A stretch of 64,000 nt of DNA, taken from Chiloscyllium plagiosum (taxonomy: Eukaryota). The notes under the pieces were generated by a model, which saw only the letters and a program-made list of their open reading frames with translations, searched no databases and was not told the DNA's origin. Positions 40,147 to 54,007 of the stretch are shown here, one piece after another (position 1 is the first letter of the stretch; every line of letters starts with the position of its first letter). Location of the stretch: assembly GCF_004010195.1 (NCBI RefSeq), contig NC_057711.1, forward strand, positions 82,650,046 to 82,714,045, given 5' to 3'. The position numbers were made by a program, and so were the translations under genes.

Positions 40147-40359
40147 TAAAACCCAAAAGAATTATGGATGTTGTAAAGCAGAAACAAAAACCGAAATTGC
40201 TGGAAAAACTCAGCAGGTCTGGCAGCATCTGTGAAGAGAAATCAGAGTTGATATTTCATGTCCTGAAAAAGAGTCACTGGACCCGAAACATTAACTCGGA
40301 TTTCTCTCCACAGATGCTGCCAGACCTGCTGAGCTTTTCCAGCAATTTCTGTCTTTGTT
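40147..40359. mobile_element. Fold-back PLE-derived mini-element (family B)
   Basis: Inverted arms at about 40183-40257 and 40284-40359. Degenerate core ctgaaaa-a-gagtc-actg-gaccc-GAAAc-att. 13-bp TSD tgttaaaattata (40134-40146, 40356-40368). Confidence 0.82.
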
Positions 40360-40672
40360 AAAATTATACACCTGATTAGTGAATGTCTAACACAACTCCT
40401 CCAACTGGTGACAAACAGGGTTAAGATGCTTAAATTTCTTCTTTGCTAAAAAACAAAGGTGACTATGCCAAGCAATGTCCAAACTGTAAGCTCAACAGTG
40501 GAAGTTCTTTAAAAGCATTGTGCCAGTGGACTTTGTCATAAGAATGTCAGTACTGGAGCAACAAGTGCAGGTACATAATAATTGTACAGTAAGGAAGCTG
40601 GATGGCAGACTAGAAAAATAAATGGGCATAGATGAAATCTAATACCCTTGGTTTTTCTAGAGCATATGAATG

Positions 40673-41035
40673 TAGAACACAGAATATAGAACAGTACAGG
40701 TCCTTCGGCCTCCATTTCTGTGTCAATCGTGATACCATTCTAAACTGATCCCATCTGTCTGCACCTGAACTGTATCCCTCTACTCCCTGCCTGTTCATAT
40801 ATCTTCTAAACGCCACTTAAATCCTGCTATCATATCTGGTTCTGCCACCACCCCTGACAGTATCTTCCAGGCATCTACCATCCTCTGTGTAAAAAAAACC
40901 TGCCTCACACATTTCTTTAAACTTTTCCCCTCTTACCTTAAATCTGTGCCCCCATACATTGACATTTCCACTACGGGAAAAAAAAGAGTCTGACTATCCA
41001 CCCTCTCCATAATTTTATATACTTATATCAGGTTG
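40673..41035 (-). mobile_element. CR1 3' end ((ttctatg)n-tail family)
   Basis: agaacacagaatatagaacagtacagg...cttcggc tail; FRRYMNRQGVEGY on minus. Confidence 0.8.
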
Positions 41036-42599
41036 TTACTTAACAAAAATGATCAAGTTTGATTTTTATTTCCCAATGATCTCAAAAGAAACACATAGTA
41101 ACTAAATATGAAAACAATGCAGGAAAGTAACATTTGGCATACTTTAATTATGTTTAAAATGCAAAGTTATTGCAACATCAACAGAAAACAAATATTGTCA
41201 CTGCCAATAATGCAATACAGATTGGACATTTTTCAGATCCAGGAAGTCACTCCGGAATAACAATTATTGTTACTTTGTCGTCATAACAAACATGTTTTAT
41301 AAATAGCAACTAAACATCTGCACAATTTTTGAAGTATTACAAAAATTATTTTTAGTATGTCCCATGAGCATGGATGTTGTGGAGAAATGTTTAATGCCTA
41401 GAAGTTAACAATAATTGTCCTGTGTGAATGAAAAACACAAGTTAGCTGCAGTTCTTAATACTCCCAGCAATGGATGATTTTTTCCCTGTCCTGGTACCAT
41501 TCTAGCTACAAGATTTCCAACCCCACAATCACTAAAACCAGGTCAAACGTTTCTTTGAAATAGATATAATTTTTCAGAGGAAGATCTTGAAGGGGAGCCA
41601 TTGGGCAGTGTGCCAAAAGTTGGGCATTGGAGGCTGACACCGATAAACATTGGCCTTCATTCATCCTTTTGACTTAGGTTTCTGCTATTGGATATGTGTT
41701 AGAGATTGTTCTGTATTAGAAAATACAGAAGTCAACTATATTCAACTTTACAGCTGGATAGATAACTGGACCTGCTTCTTGCCAGTCACCCAGTTTTCTC
41801 ACCTCTGCCTCTATTTAGCTGCTGATACATGTAGTGGCTACACCCCAGTAATGGTGTTAATTCTCAGGCCAAAACATGGGAGCTGATGTCCAAATTAGAG
41901 AGAGAATAGCTATCTCTAACCACACATTTTCAATTACACAAAAACACTTGCCTTGGCAGATGTAGTAGAAGAAATGTTGTCCTTTTACTGGTATCGAAAA
42001 TATTGAAGCACATTTGTGAGGCTAGCTGTAAAGCTTATCAACTTGAGAACAGAACATACTGCCGCTCACACATGGCAGTTGACCACATTTCCTATAATCT
42101 TGCAAGACCAAGGCAGTAAGGCTGGCTAAGTACAAACCACTTCCACTGTCATCAACTTGCACAGGCACTTCTTGTGTGTACACCTTACCAAATCCATTAA
42201 AGTCCCATCTTGTTACATCTCAAAATATATTCCTTTCGTATCCACTCTCACATTACTGTATATTGCAAGTGATATGAAAATGAGCAGAAACTGGAACTCC
42301 ACTTAGCTTCTTGGAAAGTATAAACTCTACTTGATAAAGGTAATAATTTCTGAACCCAGAATAGAATGGCTCTGGCTGTCAGAAAGCTATTATGAAACAA
42401 CATTGGCATTATTGCTTTAAGCAAAACCTGCCTAGTACAGATAGACAGCTAACAGAGCTATCAGCAGCCTGCACATTCTTCTGGCTAGGCAAGCCAGGGA
42501 GTGAGAGAAAAAGACAAATTTCAGATTTGTTAAATCAGACATTGCAAAAAGTATGAATACTCTCGCTATGGGCATAAACAATTAGAATCATAGAATCCA

Positions 42600-42761
42600 C
42601 TGATTCACCTAGCACTCACATATTTGGACTGTGGGAGGAAACCAGAGCACCCTGAGGAAACCCATGCAGACACGGGAAGAATATGCAAATTCCACACAGA
42701 CAATCACCCAAAGCTGGAATTGAAATTGGGTCCTTAGTGCTGTGAGGCAGTAGTGCCAACC
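42600..42761 (-). mobile_element. Older HE1-type SINE fragment
   Basis: ggactgtgggaggaaaccagagcaccctgaggaaaccc, the reverse complement of the HE1 core. Confidence 0.85.
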
Positions 42762-43053
42762 CTGTAAATCAAACTTCTCAGTCCCAATAACATCTGGGAA
42801 ATCTTTTCTGAACTCTCCATTTGTCCCAAGCAGGCTTGGGATCTTGTCCTGGGAATCAAGGCATGGCAAATGTAACTCCAATGGCATGCTTCTCTTGAGT
42901 CTTTTCACACACTTTTGATAAAACAAATAAGGGCAGAACTTATACAGTTAATGGTAAGATCCTGGGTAGTGTGGTTGAACAGAGAGACATTGGAGTTCAG
43001 CAAAATAGTTCTTTGAAAATTGTATCATAGATAGACAGGGTGGTTATCAAGGT

Positions 43054-43218
43054 CAAGAGTATGGTGTTGGAAAAGCACAACAGGTCAGGCAGCATCCAAG
43101 GAGCAGGAGAGTTGATGTTTCGTCTCTTTTCCCCGGATGCTGTATGATCTGCTGTGCTTTTCCAGCACCACACTCTCAACTCTAATCTCCAGCATCTGCA
43201 GTCCTCCCTTTTGCCTGT
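43054..43218. mobile_element. Fold-back PLE-derived mini-element (family A variant, ribozyme core deleted)
   Basis: Inverted arms at about 43052-43112 and 43122-43180. 10-bp TSD ttatcaaggt (43044-43053, 43219-43228). Confidence 0.8.
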
Positions 43219-43487
43219 TTATCAAGGTGTTTAGCAGGATTGCCTTCATTGCTCAGACCACAGTTAGGATGCCATGTTGCAGTTGTACGGGATGTTGGTG
43301 AGGCCACTTTTGGAGTACTATTACAGTTTTGGTCACCCAGCAATAGGAAGGATATTATTAAACTGGAGAGAGTTCAGAAAATATTTACCAGGATGTTGTT
43401 GGGACTGAGGGGTGTGAGTTACAAGGTTGGGCAGGGCAGGCTGGGACTTTTTTCACTGGAGTGTAGGATGTTGAGGGCTGACCTTAA

Positions 43488-43806
43488 GTGGTGGCACAGT
43501 GGTTCAGTGGTTAGCACTACTGCCTCACACCCGCTAGGGACCTGGGTTCAATTCCACCATCAGGCAACTGTCTGTATGGAGTTTGCACATTTTCCCCGTT
43601 TCTGCATAGGTTTTCTCCAGCGCTTCAGTTTCCTCCCACAGTCCAAAGATGTCGAAGTAAGGTGGATTGGCCATGCTAAATTGTTCATAGCGTGCAGGCT
43701 AGGTGGTTTAACCAGGGGAAATGCAGGATTATGGGGCAGGGGGTTGAGATGCTCTTTGGAGGGTTGGTATGGGTTGAATGGCCTGTCTCTGCACTGGAAG
43801 GATTCT
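43488..43806 (+). mobile_element. Older HE1-type SINE
   Basis: gtggcacagtggttcagtggttagcact...gggttcaattcc...tttcctcccacagtccaaaga. Confidence 0.88.
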
Positions 43807-46611
43807 CATAGAGGTAAAATCATGAAGGGCATAGATAAGGTGAAGAGCAAAGGTCTTTTCCTCAGGGTGGCGGTGTTTAAAACTAGGGAGCATACTGTTA
43901 AAGTGAGAAGAGAAAGAAAAAGGGATCTGAGGAGCAAAGTTTTCATACAGAGGGTGATTTGTATGCAGAATGAGCTGCTAGGGAAAGTGATAGATGCAGG
44001 CACAGGTGTAACATTTATTTGGACAAATATATGAAAAGGAAAGTTTTAGAGGCATATGGGCCAAACACAGGCAAATGGGACTAGTTTATTTTGGGAAACT
44101 TGGTCGGCATGAATAGGTTGGACTGAAGGGTCTGTTTCTGTGCTGTATGACTATGACTCGATCTCCAAAAGTAGTTTCTAACCTGTTTTCGGGATAGGAA
44201 ATGCAGTGTTCCTTATGAAACCCATGACTCTGTACCAACATTCAGGTCAGCACTAAAAACTGCACATGCGTTGCTGATGACTTACAAGTGCTCCTCAAAT
44301 CCTTAGAAGGTGCTTAAGATTGAAGGACTACGTCAGAACAAAATGAAGCTCTTACTTGAGTTCAGCATTATTATTATGATAGACTGATTATATCAAAGTG
44401 TTTGCCGTGAGTATTTAAAGCCATGAGATCATAATTGTACAATGAACATTGGTAGATTTTAAATAAATGTAAAAAACATGACAGTTGCTACATAAAATCT
44501 CAATATTGGCAGTCTGAAATGATTGTAACAGAACCTGGTGCAATCAGTCCTCTGAAAATCTGTATTATTAACTGTTGGGTTAACTGTTGGGTTAACTGGC
44601 TTTTTGATGTAACAGCATCCCTTCATCCAGTTGTTTGTCAGAACACGCAAGTTTTAATGCATCTTGAATCAGTGAGATTTAAGCATAAATAAGATTGCAG
44701 TGTCTAGAAAAGTGGGGAAAGATTTGCTGCCTTGCTCACATTGTTGCTGTGGTCACCACAATCTTCCTGGGTATTATCAGTGGGAGTCAGAAATAGCAAT
44801 ATTAACTACAGCTCGGACTGGTATTATGCATTTAAGGTCTGAATGGAGGAGCAATCTGTGTGCATGTTGTGCACAATTACAACCAACACATCAGTCAACG
44901 TTAAGCTCAGCCAGAGCAAGGAAGAACATGTTCTTGCAGCATTTTCTTTCTTAAAAATTGAATTTCCTTCCCATTTCCTCGACCTCCAGAATTTATCTAC
45001 CTTCTGGCCTGGAGGCATTCTGGGCTGCTGATTTTGCAGAACATTGGCTTTCTTTTCAATCTCCTGTAAAATTTCAGTCTGACTTTACCAGTATTGGAGA
45101 AGCACATGAGGACAACTGTGAATAATGCAAGCAAGCATTGAGGATCATTTGGTCTTCCATGTGACACTGATGCTTTATCTGGAGAAACTGCAAAAATAAT
45201 CATGAAAACCAAATTTGCATAACTGCTAAAAATCAAATGGAATGCTGCCTTTTACATGCTGAGTTACAATCTCATTTATTTACTAATTTATTTTTAGCTA
45301 TAATTGTAAAATAAGCATTGAGGTACTTTCACAATGGAGTACTGCTTTCGGGCTGGTTGTCATGACGATTATAGAAGATCAGAATTATGAGTTTTTTTTC
45401 CTCACATATTCCTCAAAGATCTGTTTAAAACAAAAAAATGACTGTATTGATAGAAAGAACCAGAGGATAAAACTGCAGCTGCTGTTTCTCGACATGACAA
45501 TAGACACATTTGGAAGTAATTTCTACTTAATGTTTTGCTATGCTTTTGCATATATATAAATAATAGTTTCAGCACATTGGAAATAAACAACAAAACTAGA
45601 AATAAATGAAACCATGAAACAAGATTTCAAATGCTGGAAATACAAAGTAGGTTTCTCAACATCTAAAAAGGAGGAGTTGGGCATGTCTTTTGCTTTAGTT
45701 TATAGACTAAAAATTGGTCTGTGCTGACCTTCGGTCCAGGAGTTGCAGTTCTCAACTTACCCATGCCCATTGAGATGGACGTAAGCCATACACAATTATG
45801 ATTCTGCCAACTCTATTATTTGATGGCAGCATTGAGCTAAGTAACTCCACTGCTGCTGGTTTCCTGTGCTCAGCTGGGAATCCCAAGCAGCATGTGTTAA
45901 TTTCTCTCAAGCCTTCTATTCTTAAATGCAAGCTGTCTCTTTTGACAGGGAACCTGTGCACCATTACTGAAGGCTGCCATTGAATGTTATTGCTGTAATT
46001 ATAACCAAAGGTGTGGAACTGCAGGACAGAGAGAATTCTTCAGAGTCACTGGAGAGTTTATTGGCAAAGATGAATTGGAGGAGAGATGGCATGGTTCTTC
46101 GTGTGGCCCTTTAGGAATACGCTCAGAAGGGATTAGGAAGAGATAGCCAGGGAGGTCTATACATAGCTTGTGGACCCAGGAAGTTTGTGCCAATAACACA
46201 AGAACTTGAATTAAGTCATTGTGACTCATGCTGCGAGATGGACAACACCACGATCACTCAGCCATCAGCTTTGATGGTACATCACTGAAACACAGCATCA
46301 CATAATCTCTGATATTCTTTCTCTCTTGTGTGGAACAAAATGGCTCAAATTGGAAAGGAACAGAGTAGAACTGGCAGAGGACAAAGGTGCTGAAATTTCC
46401 TGAGTACCATAGAGGAGGGGGCTGTCAGCAATGAGAAAGTCATGTTATTCAGAGTTATTGAGAACATTGTGGATATTGGTTTGACCCTTCCTTACTCTCC
46501 CTCTCAACCCCAGATTAAACTCACTCTGTTATATGACTCAATGAGCAATCTGGAAATAGTTTGACTATGGACTTCCTACTTCTCACCCACTCCCTTCCTA
46601 AACCCTAATGA

Positions 46612-47525
46612 GACCATAAGATATAGGAGCAGAGTTAGGCCATTCTGCTCACTGAGTCTGCCCTGCCAATTCATCATGGCTTATATATTTCTCAACCCCA
46701 TGGTTCTGCCTTCTTCCCACTACCTTTCATGCCCTTACCAAACAAGAACTGAACTATCTCTGACATAAATACACTCAATGACTTGGCCTCCACAGCCTTC
46801 TGCAACAAAGAGTTACATAGATTCACCACTCTCTGGCTGAAAAATTCCTCCTCATCTCAGTGCTTAAGGGTTGTAACTTGAGGGCCTGTGCCCTTGGTTC
46901 CTTGGTTCCTATTCTCTCCTACTAGTGGAAATATCTTTTCCACAATCACTCTATTCAGGTCTTTCAGTATTCTGTAAGTTTCAATGAGATGCCCCTGTAT
47001 TGGGTGGCACAATGGCTCAGTGGTCAGCACTGCTGCCTCATAGCACTAGGGACCCAGGTTCAATTCCAGCCTTGGGCGACTGTCTGTATGGAGTTTGCAC
47101 ATACTCCTTGTGTCTGTGTGGGTTTCCTCCAGGTGCTCCAGTTTCCTCCCACAGTCCAAAGAGATACAGGTTAGGTGAATTGGCCATGCTAAATTGCCAG
47201 TAGTGCTAGGTGCATTACAGGGGGAAATGGGTCTGGGGGGTTACATTTCAGAGTGTCAATGTTGAGCCAACAGCCTGGTTCCACACTGTGGGGAATCTAA
47301 TCCTTTTCAACTTAATTAGGTACAGACTCACAGACCTCAAACATTCCTCATATGATAAGTGCTTTATCCCCAGGATCATTCTTGTAAATCTCCTCTGGAT
47401 TGTTTCCAATGCCAGCACATTCTTTCTGAATCATGTTGTCCAAAGCTGCTCACAATATTCTAAATGCAGTCTGACCAGAGCCTTACACAGCCTCAGCAGT
47501 ACATCCTGCTCTTTTATTTTAGTCC
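46612..47525 (-). mobile_element. Old CR1 3' part with nested HE1 SINE
   Basis: accataagatataggagcagagttaggccatt tail on +, and LEYCEQLW-like sequence on minus near 47450. Confidence 0.75.
47001..47300 (+). mobile_element. Older HE1-type SINE
   Basis: A and B boxes plus the HE1 core, as at 3761-4080. Confidence 0.88.
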
Positions 47526-47605
47526 TATTCTTTCCTCCGATGTTCTGCTTTTACAATCCTGGCACAATCATCTTGCCCACTACAGGAACCCAAGAGGAGG
47601 AGAAA

Positions 47606-48878
47606 GAACACAGAACATAGAACATAGAGAATAGTACAGGCCTTTTGGCCGTCAATGTTGTGCCAACCTGTAGAACCAATCTGAAGCCCATCTAACCTGC
47701 ACTAATCCATTCTCATCCATAAGCCTATCCACTGACCATTTAAATGTCCTTAACGTTGGTGAGTCTAGCTACTGTTGCAGGCAGTGCATTCCACACCCAT
47801 ACTACTCTCTGAGTAAAGAAATTACCTCTGACATCTGTCCTATATCTATTACCCTTCAATTTAAAACTATGACCCCTTGTGCGAGCCATCACCATCTGTG
47901 AAAAAAGGCTCCCACTGTCTAACCTATTGAACCCTCTGATTATCTTATATGTCTCAATTACGTCACTCTCAACTTCTTCTTTCTAACAAAAACAGTCTCA
48001 AGTCCCTCAGCCTTTCCTAATAAGACTTCCATCCATATCAGGCAAAATTCAAGTAAATCTCCTCTGAACCCTTCCCAAAGCTTCCACATTCCACATTCTT
48101 CCTGTAATGCGGTGACCAGAACTGTACGCAATACTCCAAATGTGGCCACACCGGAGTTTTGTACAGCTGCAGCATAACCTCATGGTTCCAAAACTCAATC
48201 CCTCTACCAATGAAAGCTAACACACTATGTATGCCTTCTTAACAGACCTATCAACTTTCAAGGATCTATGTACCTGGACACCGAGATCTCTCTGCTCATC
48301 TACACTACTAAGAATCTGACCATTAGCCCAGTACTCTGCATTCCTGTTACTCCTTCCAGAGTGAATCACCTCACACTTTTCCACATTGAACTCCATTTGC
48401 CACCTCTCAGCCCAGCTCTGCAGCTTACCAATGTCTCTTTGTAACCTACAACATCCTTAACTCTACTGACCTTAGTGTCATTTGCAAATTTACTAACCCA
48501 TCCTTCTATGCCCTCATCCAGGTCATTTATAAAAATGACAAACAACAGTGGACCCAAAATAGATCCTCCTCCCTCACCCTTATTCTACCCCATTCGCAAC
48601 TGAACTCCAGGATGAAAATTTCCTATCAACCATCACCCTCTGTCTTCTTTCAGCTAGCCAATTTCTGATCCAAACCACTAAATCTCCCTCAATCCATTGC
48701 CTCTGTATTTTGTGCAATAGCCTCAGCCTACTCAGCCTCTCCCTATAGCTCAAACTCACCAACCATTGTAATATCTTTGTAAATCTTTCCTGAACCCTTT
48801 GAAGTTCACAACATCTTTCCTATAGTAGAGGGACCAGAATTGAATGCAGTATTCCAAAAATGGCTTACTCAGTGTCCT
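47606..48878 (-). mobile_element. CR1 RT to 3' end ((ttctatg)n family), joined at about 48722 to a fragment of another CR1
   Basis: [42 protein letters not shown]; gaacatagaacatag tail. Confidence 0.88.
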
Positions 48879-49563
48879 TTTGTCCCCCTAATCTATAAAG
48901 GTTTCTAGTTTAGAATCTCAGTTTAGACGAGGTCTTGCACAAAGTTAAGGGTTGCATCCAGAGTGAATTTTGTTAATGACTGGCTTTTGCAATCATTGAA
49001 AAGGCTATACTGATGTCAACCTCCATTAGAACCGTGTCAGCATTTAACCAGATGTTTATTTTGGCTGGTTCTGATTTGGATGTTGTTAACCATTTTACCT
49101 GTTACAAACTAGATGTAGGTAGGCTTTCCAGGGTGTGCAGTCTCTGGCCTATTTAAGTCGAGAGGGACTGTTTTTTTGTCTTGAGTCCATTTGAGCTATT
49201 TGGCCATGGTTTCATTTTGTTTTTGGGTTTTTGCTATGGGCTGACCTGGGGTCTCTGCATTCAGCATATGACCTGAGTGAATCTATACAATTGTCCTCAC
49301 TCCAATGGTGTTCCCCAAGCTCAGTCAGATGGATGAGGTTATCCACTTCCATTGGAATACCCTGTAACTCATATGCTCCACTTGGCCCATTTTCCAATGT
49401 TAAAGTCAGTTGTTGTGCCTGTTGGAAGTCCAGTCGGGCTTCATCTATAAAGTATTTTTATGTGGTTAAACCATTAATCCCACACACCAAGTGTTATCTC
49501 AGCATCTCTTGAATGGTTAAATCAAAGACATATGTCTCTGTGAGTTGTCTTAACCTAGTTAAG

Positions 49564-52500
49564 ACGTGCTAGTGAGGCAAGGAATAGGGAGAGCGAGAAG
49601 TTGAATACGTGGCTACAGGGATGGTGCAGGAGGGAGGGTTATAGATTCTTGGATAATTGGGGCTCTTTCTGGGGTAGGTGGGACCTCTACAAGCAGGATG
49701 GTCTTCATCTGAACCAGAAGGGGACCAATATCCTTGGGGAGAAAATTGCTAAGGCTATTGGGGTGGGTTTAAACTAATCCAGCAGAGGATGGGAACCAAA
49801 ATTGTAGTTTGAGTGTAGAAAAGGTTGAGAATAGGGAGGTCTGAAATCAAGTTTCAAGGATACAAGATGGCACCAACAAGCAAGAAGTTGGTTTGAAGTG
49901 TGTCTACTTCAACGCCAGGAGCATCCGGCATAAGGTGGGTGAACTTGCAACATGGGTTGGTACCTGGGACTTCGATGTTGTGGCCATTTTGGAGACATGG
50001 ATAGAGCAGGGACAGGAATTGTTGTTGCAGGTTCCAGGATTTAGATGTTTCAGTAAGAACAGAGAAGATGGTAAAAGAGGGGGAGATGTGGCATTGTTGG
50101 TCAAGGACAGCATTACAGTTGCAGAAAGGATGTTTGGGGACTCGTCAACTGAGGTAGTATGGGCTGAAGTTAGAAACAGGAAAGGGGAGGTTACCCTGTT
50201 AGGAATTTTCTATAGGCCTCCGAATAGTTCCAGAGATGTAGAGGAAAGGATAGCAAAGATGATTCTCGATAGGAGTGAGAGAGACAGGGTAGTTGTCATG
50301 GGGGACTTCAACTTTCCAAATATTGACTGGGAACACTATAGTACGAGTACTATAGATGGGTCAGTTTTTGTCCAGGTGCGTGCAGGAAGGCTTCCTGACA
50401 CAGTATATAGACAGGCCAACAAGGGGCGAAGCCACGTTAGATTTGGTACTGGGTAATGAGCCCGGCCAGGTGTTAGACTTGGAAGTAAGTGAGGACTTTG
50501 GTGATAGCGATCGCAATTCTGTTATGTTTAGTGATAGAAAGGGATAGGTGTATACCACTGGGCAAGAGTTACAGCTGNNNNNNNNNNNNNNNNNNNNNNN
50601 NNNNNNNNNNNNNNNNNNNNNNNNNNNNNNNNNNNNNNNNNNNNNNNNNNNNNNNNNNNNNNNNNNNNNNNNNNNNNNNNNNNNNNNNNNNNNNNNNNNN
50701 NNNNNNNNNNNNNNNNNNNNNNNNNNNNNNNNNNNNNNNNNNNNNNNNNNNNNNNNNNNNNNNNNNNNNNNNNNNNNNNNNNNNNNNNNNNNNNNNNNNN
50801 NNNNNNNNNNNNNNNNNNNNNNNNNNNNNNNNNNNNNNNNNNNNNNNNNNNNNNNNNNNNNNNNNNNNNNNNNNNNNNNNNNNNNNNNNNNNNNNNNNNN
50901 NNNNNNNNNNNNNNNNNNNNNNNNNNNNNNNNNNNNNNNNNNNNNNNNNNNNNNNNNNNNNNNNNNNNNNNNNNNNNNNNNNNNNNNNNNNTAAGGCTTT
51001 CTATAGGTATTTAAGGAATAAAAGAATGACGAGAGTAAGATTAGGGCCAATCAAGGATAGTAGTGGGAAGTTGTGTGTGGAGTCAGAGGAGATAGGGGAA
51101 GCGCTAAATGAATATTTTTCGACAGTATTCACTCTAGAAAATGACAATGTTGTCGAGGAAAATACTGAGAATACAGGCTACTAGACGAGGTGGGATTGAG
51201 GTTCACAAGGAAGAGGTATTAGAAAGTCTGCAGAGTGTGAAAATAGATAAGTCCACTGGGCCGGATGGGATTTAGCCTGGGATCGTCTGGGAAGCCAGGG
51301 AGGAGATTGCCGAGTCTTTGGCATTGATCTTTAAATCGTCATTGTCTACAGGAATAGTGCCAGAAGACTGGAGGATAGCAAATGTGGTTCCCCTGTTCAA
51401 GAAGGGGAGTAGAGACAACCCTGGTAATTATAGACCAGTGAGCCTTACTTCAGTTGTTGGTAAAGTGTTGGAAAAGGTTATAAGAGATAGGATTTATAAT
51501 AATCTAGAAAAGAATAATTTGATTAGGGATAGTCAGCACGGTTTTGTGAAGGGTAGGTCATGCCTCACAAACCTTATTGAGTTTTTTGAGAAGGTGACCA
51601 AACAGGTAGATGAGAGCAAACCAGTTGATGTGGTGTATATGGATTTCAGCAAGGCGTTCGATAATGTTCCCCACGGTAGGCTATTGTACAAAATGTGGAA
51701 GAATGTGATTATGGGAGATGTAGCAGTTTGGATCAGTAAATGGCTTGCTGAAAGAAGACAGAGGGTGGTGGTTGATTGGAAATGTTCATCCTGGAGTCCA
51801 GTTACCAGTGGTGTACCACAAGGGTCGGTGTTGGGTCCACTGCTGTTCGTCATTTTTATAAACGACCTGGGTGAGGGCTTAGAAGGATGGTTTAGTAAAT
51901 TTGCAGAAGACACTAAGGTCGGTGGAGTTGTGGATAGTGACAAAGGATGTTGTAGATTACAGAGAGACATTAAGCTGCAGAGTTGAGCTGAGAGGTGGCA
52001 AATGGAGTTTAATGCGAACAAGTGTGAGGTGATTCACTTTGGTCGGAGTAACCAGAATGCAAAACACTGGGCTAATGTTAAAATTCTTGGTAGTGTAGAT
52101 GAGCAGAGAGATCTCAGTGTCCAGATACATAGATCCTTGAAATTTGTCACCCAGGTTGACAGGGTTATTAAGAAGGCATACAGTGTTTTAACTTTTATTA
52201 ATAGAGGGATTGAGTTCCAGAACCATGAGGTTATGCTACAGCTGTACAAATCTCTGGTACAGCCGCACTTGGAGTATTGTGTACAGTTCTGGTCACCGCA
52301 TTATAAGAAGGATGTGGAAGCTTTGGAAAGGGTGCAGAGGAGATTTACTAGGATGTTGCCTAGTATGGAGGGAAGGTCTTACGAGGAAAGGCTGAGGGAC
52401 TTGAAGCTGTTTTTGTTAGAGAGAAGAAGGTTGAGAGGTGACTTAATAGTGACATATAAGATAAGCAGAGGGTTAGATGGGGTGGACAGGGAGAGCCTTT

Positions 52501-52797
52501 TTCTAAGTATGGTGACGGCGATCACGAGGGGGCATAACTTTAAATTGAGGGGTGATAGATATAGGACAGATGTCAGAGGTAGTTTCTTTACTCAGAGAGT
52601 AGTAAGGGTATAGAATGCTTTGCCTGCAACGGTAGTAGATTCACCAACTTTAAGTAAATTTAAGTCGTCATTGGACAAGCATATGGGCGTACATGGAATA
52701 GTATAGGTTAGATGGGCTTCAGATTGGTATGACAGGTCGGCGCAACATCGAGGGCCGAAGGGCCTGTACTGTGCTGTAACATTCTATGTTCTATGTT
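49564..52797 (+). mobile_element. Long, relatively young CR1 LINE (ORF1 end plus near-complete ORF2 with frameshifts; contains an N gap)
   Basis: ORF1 [84 protein letters not shown]; (ttctatg)n tail. Confidence 0.95.
50578..50991. other. Assembly gap (N run)
   Basis: Run of n inside CR1. Confidence 1.
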
Positions 52798-53228
52798 CAA
52801 AAGTCGAAAATCCTGAAATGGATTCTCCCGGATCTCAAAATGCTGAGTAAAACTGATAGGGTTTTCACAATTAGAAGAGGGTTGGTTTCATAATACTCCT
52901 TAACTAAACCCATTTACTTTTGAAATTCTTTAGTATCTGGTGCCTCAGGGCAAGTTAGGCTCCTCATAATCGAAAAAGCTGTGCATCCACAAGCTGTCAG
53001 AAGAATTACTTGTTGCTTTTCATTTGCCCTAATGTCATTTGACTGGAAAAAATAATGCATTTTTCCCATTTATTGGGCCCAGCCTTCAGTGGAAGGATCA
53101 AATAGATCAAGCTTCCCAAATAATAGCGTGATGCCAGAAAATTTTACGCCAACTCAAAGATGACTGTTAAGAGCCAATTTCTTCAGCAGCATGCTTTCCT
53201 CTCATTGCCACAGAAATAAAGTCACAGA

Positions 53229-53414
53229 TGCCAGTATCCCATCACCAAGTCACCCTTTATTTATGCATGGAGAGTTCTTGACACTGATCCAGCTCCCTCA
53301 GAGCCAGCTCTCAGAATGAACAGGATGTCTGACACTGCAATTCTTATATGTAAGCCAGGGGTTCCTGATTGGACAAGATGTACAGCCTCAATCAGGAAAC
53401 TCATATTTTATGAG
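53229..53414 (-). mobile_element. Probable LTR fragment
   Basis: On minus: CCAAT box(es), then a TATA-like ttatat, then AATAAA (tttatt at about 53257), in LTR order. No TSD found. Confidence 0.45.
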
Positions 53415-54007
53415 CTCTTCCAAGTGTTACGAAAATACATTGTTTATTATGGCAGCCCATGGTTCACATTCATCTAGTATTTGTTTGATGTAACTGTCAG
53501 AATGTAGTAGAAACACGGTTTTAGGCACACTTCCCAAGTGGGAGCAGGTTTGAGAAAATCTAGGCCAGTTATACTGGTAAGTAGATTAATTGAACAGTTC
53601 AAAGAACCATTATGGGTATGATTTTTGTGTGATAGGATTTAAAGAAAAATTCCATCTTTGCGGGTGTAAGTGAGGGTGCAATTGGAAACTTTATAGTCTG
53701 AGAATGCCTTGAAAGTTGTCAGTGCTCAAGTCTTTAAGCATCTCTCAGCGATTGAAGAATAATTGCCTGTGCTGAGCCAGTGAGGAATATGTGGAAGAAT
53801 GGCTGGAAGGGTAGGTATACCAAAATTGTTATGTATAGTTGCTCCAACTTTATATAAGTTGGGAATGAATGAATGATTCCAGAGAGCTGCATAAAAATCT
53901 ATAACAGGCAAGTGGAACAATGAAATCATTATAAAGTCAAATTCTTGAATATTATTTCATAGCACTTTAAAAGATCTTAATGACACCATTACCAGAATTT
54001 CCTTGAC

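Larger units (their letters stand above)
42925..44158 (+). mobile_element. CR1 3' part carrying two nested insertions
   Basis: LQFWSP..RKDIIKLERVQKIFTRML followed by the CR1 tail. Interrupted at 43054-43218 (PLE) and 43488-43806 (HE1). Confidence 0.85.

Noticed and set aside
43240..44034. 264-aa ORF as a host gene
   Set aside because: Accidental read-through of CR1, a nested HE1 SINE and CR1 again.
44568..44598. 12-bp tandem repeat (ttaactgttggg x2.5)
   Set aside because: Ordinary local slippage duplication with no further structure.
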